Assembly (NCBI GenBank): GCA_022605425.2
Contig: JAKIMF020000011.1
Location: 310,001 to 374,000 of the forward strand
Direction: 5' to 3'
Source: Hamiltosporidium tvaerminnensis FI-OER-3-3
Lineage: Eukaryota; Fungi; Microsporidia
Length of the DNA: 64,000 nucleotides
The translations under genes and the position numbers were made by a program. Of the stretch, positions 13,051 through 27,600 are shown piece after piece. Every line of letters starts with the position of its first letter. The first letter of the stretch is position 1. The notes beneath the pieces were generated by a model, which saw nothing but the letters and a program-made list of their open reading frames with translations, made no database searches and was not told the origin of the DNA.

Positions 13051-15420
13051 TTATTTATATTTGATCTGAAAATATTGTTTATAGAAATTAAATATACTAT
13101 TCTTATCACAATCAGACATTATCGAATCAATTATCTTAAAGGTTTCTAATAATGGCAAAACTGGTAGTGAATTCAATATTTTACTCGATTCTTCTATGAT
13201 TTTACAATCTTCCAATATTAAACATTGAAGTTTAGTAAAACTGAAAATAGTCTTCATATTCTGGCCATTTAATATTGCATCATATAAAAAAAGAAATTTC
13301 CAATTTGTGATAAATTTACAATTTTTAAGAACCGACAAGGTACTATGTAGTATTTTTTTCAATGAAACCGAAAGCGTAAGAATGTTTTTATATTAAAAAC
13401 TTTAGTAAAACTGTTGAGTTGATTTTATTTTCTTTTAGGTACAACTCGGATATATTTTTTTTCAGATTGAAAGTTTCCACAAAAATAGAACACATTCTTC
13501 AAAAACTCAGGAATAAAGTTCTAATTCTTACAGATTCAAACAGTTATTTAAGAGTTTCAAACTTTGCATATCATTTATTTTTGTGTGAAAAAAATCAAAA
13601 TTTATTAAATTTTCTACGCATTTTAACTCACCAAATAACTGGAAATGTATGATTGTAGAATCTTGTATGTAAAGATGCTGCAGTAATTCAAGAGATTCGA
13701 GAATTTCTAAATTGAAGTTATTGAATTCTTTTAACTTTAGTGTGACCAACGCATGATTCAATGAAAAGATATTTAATTTATCACTAGAAAAAGAATTCTT
13801 GTTGTGATCAGATTTTTAATAGTCATTTTTTTTAAGTTTTTAATTTAAATACAAAGTTACATTCAGTTCTTGGAAAATTTATTTCAGATATTTTTTGAAA
13901 TTCTAATCGCTACTAAAGATTAAGTCTGAGCAAAGAGTCTTGGTCAAAACATTCAGAAGAATTTTTTATGTCTTTTAAGATTAAAGAGTAAATGTTTTTC
14001 GAATACATTATAATCTCAAATATTTTGAGCGATAAATTCCGATCAGTTAGAGATAATATTTTCGGTAAACTTCTAGTTAAAGAATCGTAATTGCCTATTT
14101 TGTAACAATCCTAGATATAAAATTTAGAAAAATGAATTTTTAATGTGCTACATTTGATTTGATTGACCCTTTGCAATGCAAATATCTAAATTAGTTCCAA
14201 TTAAAACTATTCCTTAAATTCGGTAAAATTTTTTTAAAGCTTCGATCATAGGTTTATATAAATCAAAAAATATCAATTCATCACAAACAAATGTTTTAAT
14301 ATTTCCCATATTGGAACTAATTGTAGCAATAATAAAGGTTTCAGAGCTTTGCTGAGTATATAAACATTTTGTACCAATAAGAATTAAATTTCTAAGCTAT
14401 GAAATGCTTCGTTTTTATTCAAGCTTCTGAGAGTCGATAAATATTCCTGATTAACGTACGGACTTCCTGGTTTCTGCATGTAAGATTTTTCATCAATTTC
14501 TTCAATATAGATCCAGATAAAGGTTACATCATATAAATCCAAAAACCAAATTAGTAGTTTATGTCTAAAATGTAGCATCTGTCCAACTAGGTCCAAAAAA
14601 TATCTTTTAAATACAATTATAAAGAATTGTGCTCAAATTTTTCGATTACACCACAATACAGAGTTTTGAATTCCAAAATATAAAATCTATTTTTAATACT
14701 TTCAATGTCAAAATTACACTCGTCAAATAGCCCTTTAAGAAGAATGTAAAATGATTTCTTAGTATTTTTTAAATAAATAGATTTTAAATTCAGATTATCA
14801 TCAAATTTTTTATCTGAGAAAACGGTCTTAATAAGCCGTATTCTACTATCTTACGATATATACTTCGAATATTGTCGTATTTATAACCATTTAAATGATT
14901 AAGAAGCCCTAGTATTTCATAAAACTCAGTATATTTAATAAAGAAAAATATGGGATGAAAATCCTCGCATACTAAACTGTTTTTAAACACCAAGAAATTT
15001 TAAATCCTGTTTATTCTATTTAAATATATTGGAATCACAGAAGCATGAGATTTTTCAATTAAAGTTTCTATATAAGTAAATTTCTATTTTTCAAAATCAA
15101 GGTAATCCATTGTTATGACTCGAAGCTTTCTATGCTCTACTTCATTATCTGGTATTGAACAATTTATTTGATTATTTTTATGTCAATGAATACCATGACA
15201 CAAGACATATAAATCTTTTTCATTCTTGCGCTCATAATATTCATACAAATTCATATCCTTTGAATGTAAACTACAAGACGACTCTTCAGTAAATAGAAAA
15301 TCAATATATTTTGTATAAGTGCATGATATACAATCTAGATTAAGCGATGTTAATATTACGGTATATTTGATCAAAATTTAAAATGTATTTATCGTTTGAA
15401 TCAATCTTAACTTTTTCCGG
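13051..15420 (-). pseudogene. Fragmented member of the lineage-expanded hydrophobic-N-terminus/LRR-type family
   Basis: Collinear minus-strand fragments (15183-15374, 14790-14993, 14384-14596, 13528-13761, 13051-13362). The C-terminal fragments are LRR-like (LELLQHLYIQDS, FTKLQCLILEDC, LPLLETFKIIDS). Layout matches 29122-31747 and 41582-43945. Confidence 0.65.
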
Positions 15421-16499
15421 TAAAGATTTTTTTCTATTGGCAAAATGAACAAAATGAAGTATTCGAAAATTTTAATGAATTATACTTTAAAATATATTTT
15501 TATATGAATATTAGTATTGAAGATACCTTTGATTTTCATTATGGAACACTGTTTTTTGTTTATTATATATTTATTCTTTTCTTTATCAGGAATATATGAT
15601 ATTTATATTTTTATACTCACAAAAATATTTTAATTAAATTTTAATCTGATTAATATTAATCTTAAATTCGAAAAATATTCTTTTAATGTAAATTTGAATC
15701 TTTAAAATAAAGAATTTGAAAAAAATAAAGAATTACGAATGTTTATGTTTTCGAAAAAACAAGGCTCTTTAAAAACAAATATGAAGCATAGATGTTGAAA
15801 TTTATTCAAATTCATGGATTACAACACATGAATTAGAATTTAATATTCTATAAAAGAAAATATAAAATTATTTTAAATAGAAAACCGACAAAATAAACTT
15901 AATTGTTCGTAAATAGTTTCTCATATGGTTCTAAACTAAAGATAATCTCAATGCTATGACCTAGAATTGTGGTCTAATAACTATCATAACACGTATTTAA
16001 AAATTTAAATGCTAGTAGGAATACAAGGCTGTATGCAATTTGAAGTACACAGAAAGTACCTTAAATCATATTTTTTCGATTGAAGTAGTAGATAAGAGTA
16101 AAAAAACGCAAGTTAAAAATGATAAAAAGCAAGACTTGGTATTGTAAAAAGATTTAGAATACACATAGAGCTGATAATTCATTAAACCAAAAACCCATCG
16201 GATACAATCTGATTAGCATAAATAAACACCAAATTTTTTAAACTCAAAATTGTAGATAAATTAATCAAATCCAATATATTGTCTTCAAATATAGAAAAGA
16301 AGCGTTATTAAGAAATTGCCGAATAAATCAAAAAGGGGGACAAAATAAATCATTGATAGACAAATGACTAGGTATTAGTTATACCAAAATACTGGACCCT
16401 TAAAGAATTCGCAATAAGACATAAATTGGTGTATTTAAAGTTTTTAACAGCCCGATGGATTTTTCGTTATTAAAAAATAATATTTTAAAATTTTAAACT

Positions 16500-19400
16500 A
16501 TGGATAGAAGGAAAAAATTTGACAGGAAAATATAAAAAATGGAAGAATAACGGCTCTAAACAACTTAAGAACAGCGCAGGAGAAATTTTGATCTGTGATT
16601 TAGATCTAGGAATGATATCCGAGAGACTTCCACCTCCACCGACCTTCCATAACACCAACCACCAAGCAGTAGTTGCCAGACTGGTCCAGTCTGCTTGGTT
16701 GACACCATAAACTCGTCTTCTGGTGCCGACGCCACTGCGTGTGGACCAGCCAATGGCATGAAAAACCTCAATACAGGTGCCATTCTAGAAGGAAATCGAC
16801 TGATGATATTGCACTCGATACTTGACTCCGTCACAGCCGTATAGCAGGAATGGCCTAGATCTGGTATTCTAGCAGTGCAAAAGAGGTTTGAGAGAATGCC
16901 CAGAAATAGCCTGCCCGCTACTCTGAGATACTATAATGAGAAATTTAGCTGCACATTAGATATCGATGCGTTTAAAAAACTCGCAAAAATGAGGCAGAAA
17001 GGTAAATAAGGCAAGAAGAGAATAGAGAGCGACGTAGAGTCGCCAGGTGTCTCACTGAGCAATGCACCCCGACTGACACCACGGAGTAAATAAATCCGAG
17101 AGATAAATTTTTGAGTAAAATCAAAGAAATCTCGGAGAGGTAAATTGTAAAAGTGGTCGTCCGAACTCGAAAGCTTCCAAGTGAATTGATTGACAGTAAA
17201 ATTTTGAACCTTATTAATCGAATAATCGGTGAGTATGCTGATTCTTGTCTGCCGATGACGAGAACTGCTGTAGCACGGATAATCCAGGCAGCCATGTTAG
17301 GCTTTGACGAGGCAACACGTAAAGAGAAGCCTAGATCCGCTTGGAAGGAAAACATAGAAAGATAAATTTCTAAGTTAGTACTTTCCAAAGATCTTCTCGA
17401 GAAGGCTCGTAAGCAGGAAAAGCTCTCCACTTCGGAAACGAAGAGTCTTAAGAAAATCATCCGAGAGTTTAATTTAAACTTGAGCAGCGTAACTGATCTT
17501 TCTAAGACTTTAGTTAAGAAGAATGAGTCTTTGAATGTTTACGAGAAAAAAATTACGATGCATGAAACTAGGAAGCAATTCCGAAAAGAGAATCGTATGT
17601 TTGAGCTTTTCCGAGGTCGATTTTATCGTGGGTTATCTGAGCGTGTGGAATCGAGCAGGTGTCAGTCGTGATGAAACTGTGAGTTTTTGGTCTACAATGT
17701 GGAACAAAAATGATAAAGTAGTTATGATTGATGGTTATTTGATTCCATTTGTATCAGATAATCATCCGACAACGTTTTCTTCACTTGATGAATTAAGTAA
17801 ATATCATATATTGGCTTCCCAATTGAAAAGCTGCTTGAAGGGATGGTATTGAAATTTTTTCATTAAGAAACTTTTAACTCTTTACAAATATCTTTATGAT
17901 ATTGTGACAGTTATGTGTTTAGAAGGAACACCTCAAGCTGATTGGTTTTACTGCGGGCTTACGTATTTCATACCAAAAGGAACACCACGAAAAGGCTCTG
18001 ACTACGGGCCAATAACTTGTATGTCCAACCTCTACAAGCTAATTGAAAAGTGTGGAACGAAAGTCATTCAACTTGATGTGGAAAGGCGAGTGTTGCTTGC
18101 AGAGAACTAGTTGGGAGCAATTTGAGGTGTGCAGGGAGCGAAAGAGCAGGCTCTACTGAATATTGCCCTAAATAAAGAGTATGGAAATAATCTTAAGGCA
18201 ACATGGATTGATGTTAAAAAAGCTTATGATTCAATAGATCATGCTTATTTAACTCAATGCATTGAAAACCCTACTTTACCTGATTGGATCCTGAAATTTA
18301 TTCAAATTATAATATCAAAGTGGAAAAATCATTCATCAGTGAGGCCTGAAAAAATCATGAGCAAGAAGATTGAGAGAGGGATTCTGCAAGGAGAAGGTTT
18401 GTCACATTTGTTATTTGTGTTGTGTATGGATCCATTAAGCCGAAAGCTTAATGAAAAACACACCAAAATGACGGTACGAACAGATGCAGAATCCCATTCT
18501 ACCAATCATCTCTTGTTTATTGATGATATTAAGCTCCTTGCAAAAGACAGCTCCACATTGAGTGCTATGACAGGCGAGGCAAACGAATTTTTAGAGGTGA
18601 TTGGCTTAGAGATTAACAAAGAGAAGTCAGCCACAAATGATACGTGTTGTGAAGATTCTGCTACTCTTCTAGAAGGTGTTAGTGTTTACAAATATTTAGG
18701 AATAATAGAAGATAGCAGAGGAATCCCAACACGTAGCTCATTTGAAGAAGTACAGAGCAAACTTATATCAAGAGTTGAAAGACTTTTTCACACTAGATTA
18801 AATGCAAAAAAATTATTTAATGCAATCAATCAACATGCGATATCGTTAATCAACTATCACATAGGAGTACTTCGACTTGAACCGGCTGACTTATCTAATT
18901 AGATGATGCAGTGCGTGCGGTGTTGGTATAGAATAAGATACATCTTTGCCCAGAATGTAAAGAGCGTTTGTATCTTCCTAGAACAGAACTTGGAAGATGC
19001 CTGCGCAGAGTTGAGTTGCGAAGCGAACATATGCTTCTGCAACTATTGGATTGTCTGGAAAAAAGTAAAGAAATATCAACTAGACGAGCAGCAATCTTCA
19101 AGGTGGAGAATAATATTAAAACCCATCTTGCACTAATAAAAGGCTTCTTAAAAGTAAAGTAAAGGTTAGTAGACGAAGTCACAAAGAAAAGTTTAGAAGA
19201 AGCTCAACTTGCAAAACTATATAAGGAAATAGAAAAACGAAAACTCATTCAAAGTTATATAATGCAAGAAAAATGAGCTTGTGAGTGTTAGTGACTCTTC
19301 AAGATGGTTAAAGAGAGGAAATATTAGGCCACGAAATGAAGCTGTGTTCTGCTATAATATCCAGGATAGAAATGTATTCTGGGGAGCAGATGGTGTGTGT

Positions 19401-20275
19401 CAACATTGCGGGAAGTCTGGTAAGACTGTAGATCATCTAGCAACTAGATGTGAAAAAATGCTAGGCCATGACTGCACGAGACGGCATCATGAAGTGGTTA
19501 AATGCCTATACTTACTTCTATTAAATAGATAGTAGTTTAAGTCTTCAAAACGAATTAGGAGTTACTCAGTTCAAGAAATTCTTGATAATGAGTATCCAGA
19601 GATAAGATTTGACACCAGAATAAAAACTGATGTTAAAATTCGGAAAACAGACGGACATGTTTGTTTTAGATACGAAGAAGAATAAGATAACACTTATTGA
19701 AGTATGAACTCTTCCCGAGATTCACTTCGGGTGTATGAAACTTAAAAACCTCAGGAAGTATGACCTGCTAGCTAATTAGTTAAGTCTTATTTATAAGCGT
19801 AGTGTTGAATAATCTCGTAAGTGATGACCTGGGACGGTATAGCGACAAAACTCTATAAGTAACCTTTTAAAAGACTAGAAATACTTATGAATGTACAGGC
19901 ATACATTCTGTCTATAGTACTTAAGAAGACAGTCGAAACATTTTCCTTTGATCGACGAAGAGGACTTGAGTCAGGACTAAATGCCGAAGAGAGCTGGTAG
20001 AGAGCGTCAATGGGTGTTATTATGAGATCAGAGATACACGAGGAACCAACACACCTTCTTTAAAAGAAGAGAAGAGAGAGGATGATGGTGCAAAAAAATT
20101 AAACCAAAAAATAATACATCCTTATTTAACAAGGAGGAACCACTTTAGAGGAACCAAACAATAACATAAATGAAGATTTAAATTTGGAAGAAGAGACAGC
20201 AATGGTTAAAGAGGTAGAAGAAAACATAAAAAAATGGTAAAAGTATTTTAACCCTGAATTTTATTGAATAAAAAA
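16500..20275 (+). mobile_element. Near full-length non-LTR retrotransposon, restriction-like endonuclease (R2/R4-group) type, inactivated (copy 1)
   Basis: RT motifs DYGPITCMSNLYK, WIDVKKAYDSIDH, GILQGEGLS, LLFIDDIKL and YKYLG; CCHC knuckle CQHCGKSGKTVDHLATRC; RHHEV; degenerate NRPD...LIEV...KYDLLAN endonuclease. Starts at ATG 16500 (MDRRKK) and ends near AATAAA ~20267. Many stops and frameshifts. Confidence 0.92.
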
Positions 20276-21837
20276 TTAAATTTTCTTAAGATGTTTTAAA
20301 TTAAATTTGTAAATTTGATTTTTGATGATGGACTAAAATAGTAATTCGACAAAGCTTTTGTCAGTAATTATAAACAATATGTTTTATATCTGATAAATTC
20401 GTACCAGATTATTTGTCAAGCATATATAAATTACTTGCATATAATATTAGCATTTTACGATTTTTTGAATAAAAAAATTATTGTATGAATTGTGATCTAA
20501 TTTAAAAATTTGAATGTTAAATACATCTTCTGTATCATATATAATTTACTGATATTAAAGTATAATATTATCAATAAAATGAATTTTAAAACCAGCATAT
20601 TCGATAATATAGGTAGGAATATTTTCAAAATAGTTAAAATTGTTTATTTTAGTTATTTTACCTGAATACATATGCGCTCCAAAATTTTATACTAAGTTAA
20701 CATTAAAAATTAAAGCATTAGATGTAATCGAAACAATTAAAGCTAAACTGATAAACAAAGAATTGGATTTCAAAAACCTTTAAGAAAGACTCTTAATATG
20801 TATTTTGATTTATTTTTTCAATTGTGAAATTTGTATTATCAAACAAATAGAAAGTGAATATTTCATGGTTTCTCAAATAAAATTCTATAATTTCTACTTT
20901 TAAAAATATTTTATATTCTTTGAACATACTTTTTGTCGTAGATATATAAATCATTGGTTACAGTAGCTTAAAGCTTACATAAAATCTCTCCTATTTCATT
21001 TGATCAACATTTAATATACAAAAAACAATTTCGATCTCAAATTTAATCTTTTTGAGAAATCAAATAATTTTACAAAGTTTCCAAGGAAAATCTACTCAAA
21101 ACATTAAGAAAAAACAAAATTATATTTGATTTTAAATGAAGTAAATTTATCTGCATTTTTTTAAATATTAATACCAGTATATAATGAATATCATTACTTC
21201 ATTTCTTTTACTTATTAAGTAACACTAATAAATTTCAATATAGTTTATTTATCAAATAAATTCATTTCACAGTTTTGAAAAAGCCAAAATATATCTTAAA
21301 AGTAAATAAATATTCAACATTTTCTTTAACTAACAATGATATTAACAGAGTGAAATTTATATATTTTTAACATTTAGTATTATTATTAAATTATCTATTT
21401 TAAATATATAGTAATTGATATATTGCTTATATCTGTTTTTTTAAAAATTGAAAAATTTTTGTGAACCCGAAGAATAAAAATATGCTATTAATACGTGAAA
21501 ACATATTTTTTACAACAAAGTGCGAATGGAAAAATTTTTAAGAACAAAAAAGTAAAGTCTAAAAAACAGATGTCTTAAATAATATAAGTACAACGAGTCT
21601 TTGACCATTTAAAGATATTTTAAAAATTCAATTTAATCTAATAAATTCAACGATACTAAAATATGGTTTGGCATTCAATAACAAGAGAATTTACAATTTT
21701 TTTAATAGAAAATGTCGAACAATTTATTCATATAGTATATCAATAAATGACACAGTTACTTATTTTTTATGTAATTTATTTTTATATTATCAAACACGGA
21801 ATATATATACTATTTAGAATATATTTTCAAGTCTCTA

Positions 21838-22064
21838 TACATACTTTCTTATTTCGTTTCGCTTTTACCTCTCAGTGTCGAGGATGAACAAATGAAAATT
21901 TCCCAATTGCTTCTTTTAATCTATTATAACTCGGGATTATAGAAGATTGACCTATAGATCCAGTACGGTTTATATCCCACAAAATGAAACAATAAGATTA
22001 TATACCAATTCTTCATGTTCATTGCCAAACAGATAGTTTTTTATGTGGTTATCCTCTCATCACC
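21838..22064 (+). repeat. Dispersed repeat, short form, copy S2
   Basis: CTTTTACCTCTCAGTGTC...CCAATTGCTTCTTTTAAT...GGTTTATATCCCACAAAA...TTTTTTATGTGGTTATC. Clearly homologous to 46893-47090 and to the reverse complement of 53849-54078. Confidence 0.85.
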
Positions 22065-22649
22065 TAGTCTTAACAAATACCTATAGAAATTCTAAAATAG
22101 CTTTAGAAAAGCAAAGAAATAGGATTATAAAGTCATAATCCTAAAGAATAAGAAATATATAGCAAATCTTGAGCTTTTAAAAAGGTTTTTGGGCCCAAAA
22201 AGGGAACGAAAGAAATCTAAACAAAAAGAGGTAAAAAAAGCACGATAAACGAATATTAATATAAAATCTAAAATCTAATATTCAGTTTTACAGAATGGGA
22301 ACAAAGCCAGGTATTTACTATTAATAATATATCCGAACTAAATATAAGGAGCAATTGTTACATCCAAGATAACACATTGTTCAAAAATGAAAACAAATCG
22401 TAAATTCTTCAGGTCATTGCCGAGATATATTAGAATCTAGCAATCCAATTGGAAAATATATAGCCGAACAAAACATACAAAAATGGTTGATTTAATAGAT
22501 TTTTCACTTTTATCAGAAGAAATAAATCTAGATTTAAAAAATTTAATCCGATAACACATTTTAAAAAATCATATAAACTCAGTATGCTAAACAAGAGGGA
22601 CAGCAAAAATAAAAATTGCTGAAAAACTTCAAATCGATCAATTTGATAT

Positions 22650-23110
22650 AAAGATAGTTAAAAGGAAATCAAAGAGAATAGTACTTGTAGTTGACAAAAT
22701 TGGACTTAAAAATCTTCTTAAAATTTCGATACCAAAAAAATATAAAAACCAAGAAATTATTCTAAATAGCTGAATTCCAAGGCATTTTTTTATAAATAAA
22801 TACCATTAGATCCTCCTATGTGTAGACATGAAGAGGTTTCATCACAAATTGCCCGGTAAATATCATAAATAACTAAAATGCCAGTGCATCAATTAGTTTA
22901 AATAATTGATAACTCAATGAAAGTAGATATAAAGTATATGTTTTACACGCAACCAAGATATTAGCTAATACAGAATGTCGCAGAATATCCAGAAAAAGCA
23001 TCAATGCATTTTATAAAATCATTTAAATCTAAACAAAGAATATAAAACATTGAATTATAAGTATCTGCTTTAACATGTCTAACACATAAAGAATAGATCT
23101 AAAACTCTTA
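22650..23110 (+). mobile_element. Possible heavily decayed LTR-retrotransposon aspartyl-protease relic
   Basis: Translation from ~22835 reads GFITNCPVNIINN*NASASISLNN...KILANTECRRISRK, which resembles G.I...PV.ILIDSGAS.S.I...I.ANG. The catalytic D-S/T-G is not preserved, so support is weak. Confidence 0.25.
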
Positions 23111-24104
23111 TGTTTTTGTAAAACCATAGAAGACCAAAGATCTATTTGGAATATGAAGAGGAAATCGGTATTTAAGATGTAATAAAATTAAATTACTGAA
23201 TAGAATAATAAAATTAAAGATTTGCAATAAATATTACGAGGTATAAAAAGGAAAACCTTGCCTCTATTCTTCAAGAATATCTTTTTAACTATGAATTTAT
23301 TCGATATTCCCCAATTTCAATTAAATTGGTTTCATTAAATAAATTTATATCTAAATTAGAAATTTCAATTGAAATTCTTATTTTATGGCTTCAATCTAAT
23401 AAAAAAATATGCTTCAACTACATTTAATTGATATGGAAATATTTTTTAAAGTTGATAATTTTTTATATGATTACTTTGCATATTTAGAGCTGAATTATCC
23501 CATTTTAACTTGCTTTTTAAAATAAATATTCAAATGTAATTATTTAAAATTTATTGGGTTTTTATATAATACTTTAAATACATATAATCTTAATTACACA
23601 ATACTATTTTACATGAATGTGTTTATTGTGTACAAAAGAGATCAAATAATCAATAATGATGATTTTGTTTCAAGTTGTTTCATAAATCTGATTAAATCTA
23701 TAAAAATAAATTTATAATTTTATTTGTTAATGTTTATATTTCTATTTCATATTCTTTTGCAGGTAAAAATTTTTAATTTTAGCATTTAATTCGTGAGGAT
23801 AAAATGTTTAAAATCAAATAAATCCATTTTATGTTGATTTTCATATCCTTTAAAAAAGATTTAAATTCAAATTTTTATTAATTAAACTTTACATTAAAAA
23901 CGATATTTGAGCACAAAATAACTTAAGCTGTAGTTTATTACCAAATACCTTTCAAAAAATCCTAAAATATGAATTATTTAAAAAAGAACATATAATTGTT
24001 CTTTTTTTGATTTGTTATACTGATGTCTGATCATCAAAAAGAAATTCCAAAAGTGTTCGAGAACAATATTAAAAGTATTTATGTTTGAAAAATACAAATA
24101 AACA

Positions 24105-24614
24105 ATGAAAAGCGTGAAAGATCTAATTAAATTCTGGGAAAATATAGCAAATCCCAAAAATTATCAATCAAGTAATGTCAACACACTGAAGGTTGTTGAT
24201 GATCATTGGAAGCTCAATGATACAAAACCTGTAAAACATTACAATAATGAGCCTCGTTCTATTGTCAAAAATGAAGCTAGACAAAGAATTTGTCTAGGCT
24301 TACCTTTTAAAGAAGGTGTGGATAATGATTTCAACAAAATAAAAGAAGCACCGGTTTACGTAGCAATGGTGCAAGTTTATGTTTATGATAATTGTGGTGA
24401 TGAAAAATGTAAAAAGGAATCGAAAAAAATCTTCAAAAACAATACAAAAAACGATAGTGTAAATTATCTAGACAATTCTTCTTCGATTCTAAGCACCAAA
24501 TCAATTAAAAGGCAAGTTAAGAACGAAAAGAGCAATGTACAGAAGAATAAAAGGAAAAAAAGATGGGAAGGGATAAGTGATCCCAAGGAAAGATTGAGCC
24601 ATTTATATATTTGA
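24105..24614 (+). CDS. Hypothetical lysine/asparagine-rich protein, 169 aa
   Basis: ATG-initiated ORF with coding-like composition. N-terminal amphipathic SVKDLIKFWE, basic KNKRKKR near the C-terminus, and AATAAA shortly after the stop. Confidence 0.65.
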   Translation: MKSVKDLIKFWENIANPKNYQSSNVNTLKVVDDHWKLNDTKPVKHYNNEPRSIVKNEARQRICLGLPFKEGVDNDFNKIKEAPVYVAMVQVYVYDNCGDEKCKKESKKIFKNNTKNDSVNYLDNSSSILSTKSIKRQVKNEKSNVQKNKRKKRWEGISDPKERLSHLYI

Positions 24615-27600
24615 TAAATACAATAAATCAATTTTCAAATTCTTTTTGTTTTTTTTTACTTTAATACAACAATTTTTTACAGAAAAAGTACATAAAGGAA
24701 TATTTATAAAGGTAATCTGCCAATTTTCATTTTTGAGACAATTTATTTTTTCCAATATAGTTATTAATCGTTTTTTAATACCTAAAATCCGACATATTTA
24801 ATATCTTAGCTAAGTTGCAATAACTATTTTATATATCCTAGCTCGCTGCTACTCGACGTATTTACTTATTTATCGGAAAGTTTTGCGGCTTGAATCAAAT
24901 TCATGATCCTAATCTCAACAATTATAAGTACGAAAACTGTTTGTCGTCTGCATCATCATGTAAAGTCTCTATGAATAGACTAATTGAGAAAATGTATCCC
25001 CCTTACTTGAATAAAGGGCAAGTCTTTAGAAAAATTAAGCGAAAAAAGCAGCAGAGGCATTATAGTTAGAAATAGCTCATTCTTTACATTCTATATGCCA
25101 TATATTTCAAAATTCAAGTTGAAGGTAATACTAGATGACATTAAAACTAAAACTTAAGTAAAGTTACAATTTTAAAGGTCGAAGTATGTTTATTGAATAT
25201 CACACCACATAGTAAATATGTACATGCAGAAAACATAAAAGTAGACTCACAAAGTATGAAAAAAAAATATATCTTCTTGCTAGAAAATTTTATGAAAACC
25301 TTTGGATTTCTTTATCGAATTATCGATGAAATTACAAAATTCATAATTTTGGAAACCAGATACATAGAACACACTATAAAACGCCACAGAAATTTTCTGA
25401 AGCGCTAATGTGTTTTAGAATGTTTGTATTTATCGAGAAAATCAAACATAGAAATAAACAAACTGTTTAAACTTCTCAAGATTTAATGAGAAGGGTTTTA
25501 GAAATTAAAAGCAATTTATCATAATCTAACCATCAATGTAAAGCAAATGTATGTTAAACATAAACCAATTACTTATCAAAAGATTTCTTGAAAGGTAGTT
25601 TGGAAAATTTTTCATCTTGAATTTGAAGTTTTAAAGTTAATAAAACATCAAAGTGAATCTGATTTTATAATACATTATAAAAGGTTTAAAGCCCTTAATA
25701 TTTAAAATTTTTCAAGAATGTTAGTTATGAGCGTATAAATTAAGATAACAAAATGATAGCCAATGAAATGCATTAAAAAAAAGATTTTATTTAAAAATTT
25801 TGGTATTTCGTACTAACTTTAAAACAGTATTTTGTTTAATCGATAAATTTAGATATTATAGATTTCTTTTGGTTCGGTTTTATGAGATATTGTGTCTATA
25901 ATTTATTTAGAGACACTTACAACGCTTCATAGTGTTCTAAAATGTATGAAGTCTTAAAATTATAACGTAATGCAATAAACAGTTTTTTTTATGTAAATAT
26001 ACATATAATATTCATATATATTAAAAATTCATGCGGAAATATATAAAACAATACGTTTCACAGGTTAAATTAAACGATAAAAGGCAAAATAATTCTGTTC
26101 AAAAAAAAGAAACAAAAGTTGATTTTTGTTATTTACGCGACAGAGAGGATTAAATGGAAGGAATCGCTACAAACAATCTATGCCAAGCTTATCTTAATGC
26201 TGAATATCGTACAATCTAAAAAGAAGCACGTATTAAGTAAGACGGAATTTCGGTCTTATAAATCTTGTTTTTCCCATTATATATCGAAATACATATCAAG
26301 ATGATTGGTTATAAATTTTTTAACCAGAAATTTAAATTATAAAATTTCATATCAAGAGTAGGGAAAATATCATGATCGAAAAAATTAAAACAAGTTATCG
26401 TGACTTTTATGCCATTCATAATTATTCTTTATATTTTTTTTATATATTTTTATAGCGAAAAGTAAAATTAGCACCTTTAAATATTGCAATAAATTTTTAA
26501 AATCGTTTTTTTTGCATTAAAATTATTATTAACCGGGTTTTAAGCACTCATATAGTATAGATAGGAAACTTAGTTACAAAATACAAATTCAAAAAGGTAC
26601 CAGTTTAGTTGAAAATTTATTAAGTCTATAGCATCTTGTTCTAGCGACAAATATTTAATATCGAAGCTAATTCTTAGAAGATCATAGCAAAATATACTTA
26701 GTTTAGAAAATTTAACTTATTATATTATAAATAGTTCGATATAAGATCGTACTTTGCACTAAAAAAAGTAAAATATAGAAAAAGGGTTTCCCTGCAACTC
26801 AAAACATGCTATATATAGATTTAATGTGCTCTGGAAATCCTTATTCTGAATACACTGATTCTCTTCAGTACGATTGCACAATATGAGTCGTTTATAATAC
26901 TTATCACTTTGCACTACAAGAGAGAAATATCTTATCTGTTCAGTTGATGCAATAGTTTTTGAAAAATTTACCGATTTGTCTAGAGAAAAAAATTATTATA
27001 GTTTTATTTACATAAAAAAGATAAATTTGTATCGGTAAGCTTGATATATCTTAAGAATTATAGTTTGGCTTTTTCTGTAGTGATTCATCACTTTTTATAA
27101 GTAAAATTTTAATCTAATATGTTATATAATGAACTTCGATAGCATCACATTTCATTTTTGGTAAAAAAAAACACTATTCTATGCATTATATTTAAAGCTG
27201 AAAAGCCAGGAAAAGTATTTATTTGGTGTGCTTTTTGCTAAATGGCTCCGAAGAGGCATTTGATATCTAGAAGAAGAGTTCCTGTTTTAAAAAGAAATCA
27301 TTGTTATTAGAATAAAATCGTGACAGGCAAGGTTTTTATATCATAGTTTAAATATTGTATTTGTTATATAAATAAGCTGTTTTGATTCAGAGGTTTTCTT
27401 TCTTTTTAATATAATTTTTAAAAGGTATATATAGTTTCTTAAAACAAATTTTATCACACTCATAATGAAAAAAATATACCGATTACTTAGCAAACCAATA
27501 TTAAAATATGCGAAAATAAAGGTGTTTAAGAAACCATATAACACACTATCAACATTTATTTACATACATATATAGGAAATGGTTCTTCAAAGAATAGATT

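Noticed and set aside
16565-17460. Minus-strand ORFs 16565-16834 and 16972-17460 (also 18895-19182, 33122-33561, 34685-34936)
   Set aside because: Antisense shadows of retrotransposon coding sequence.
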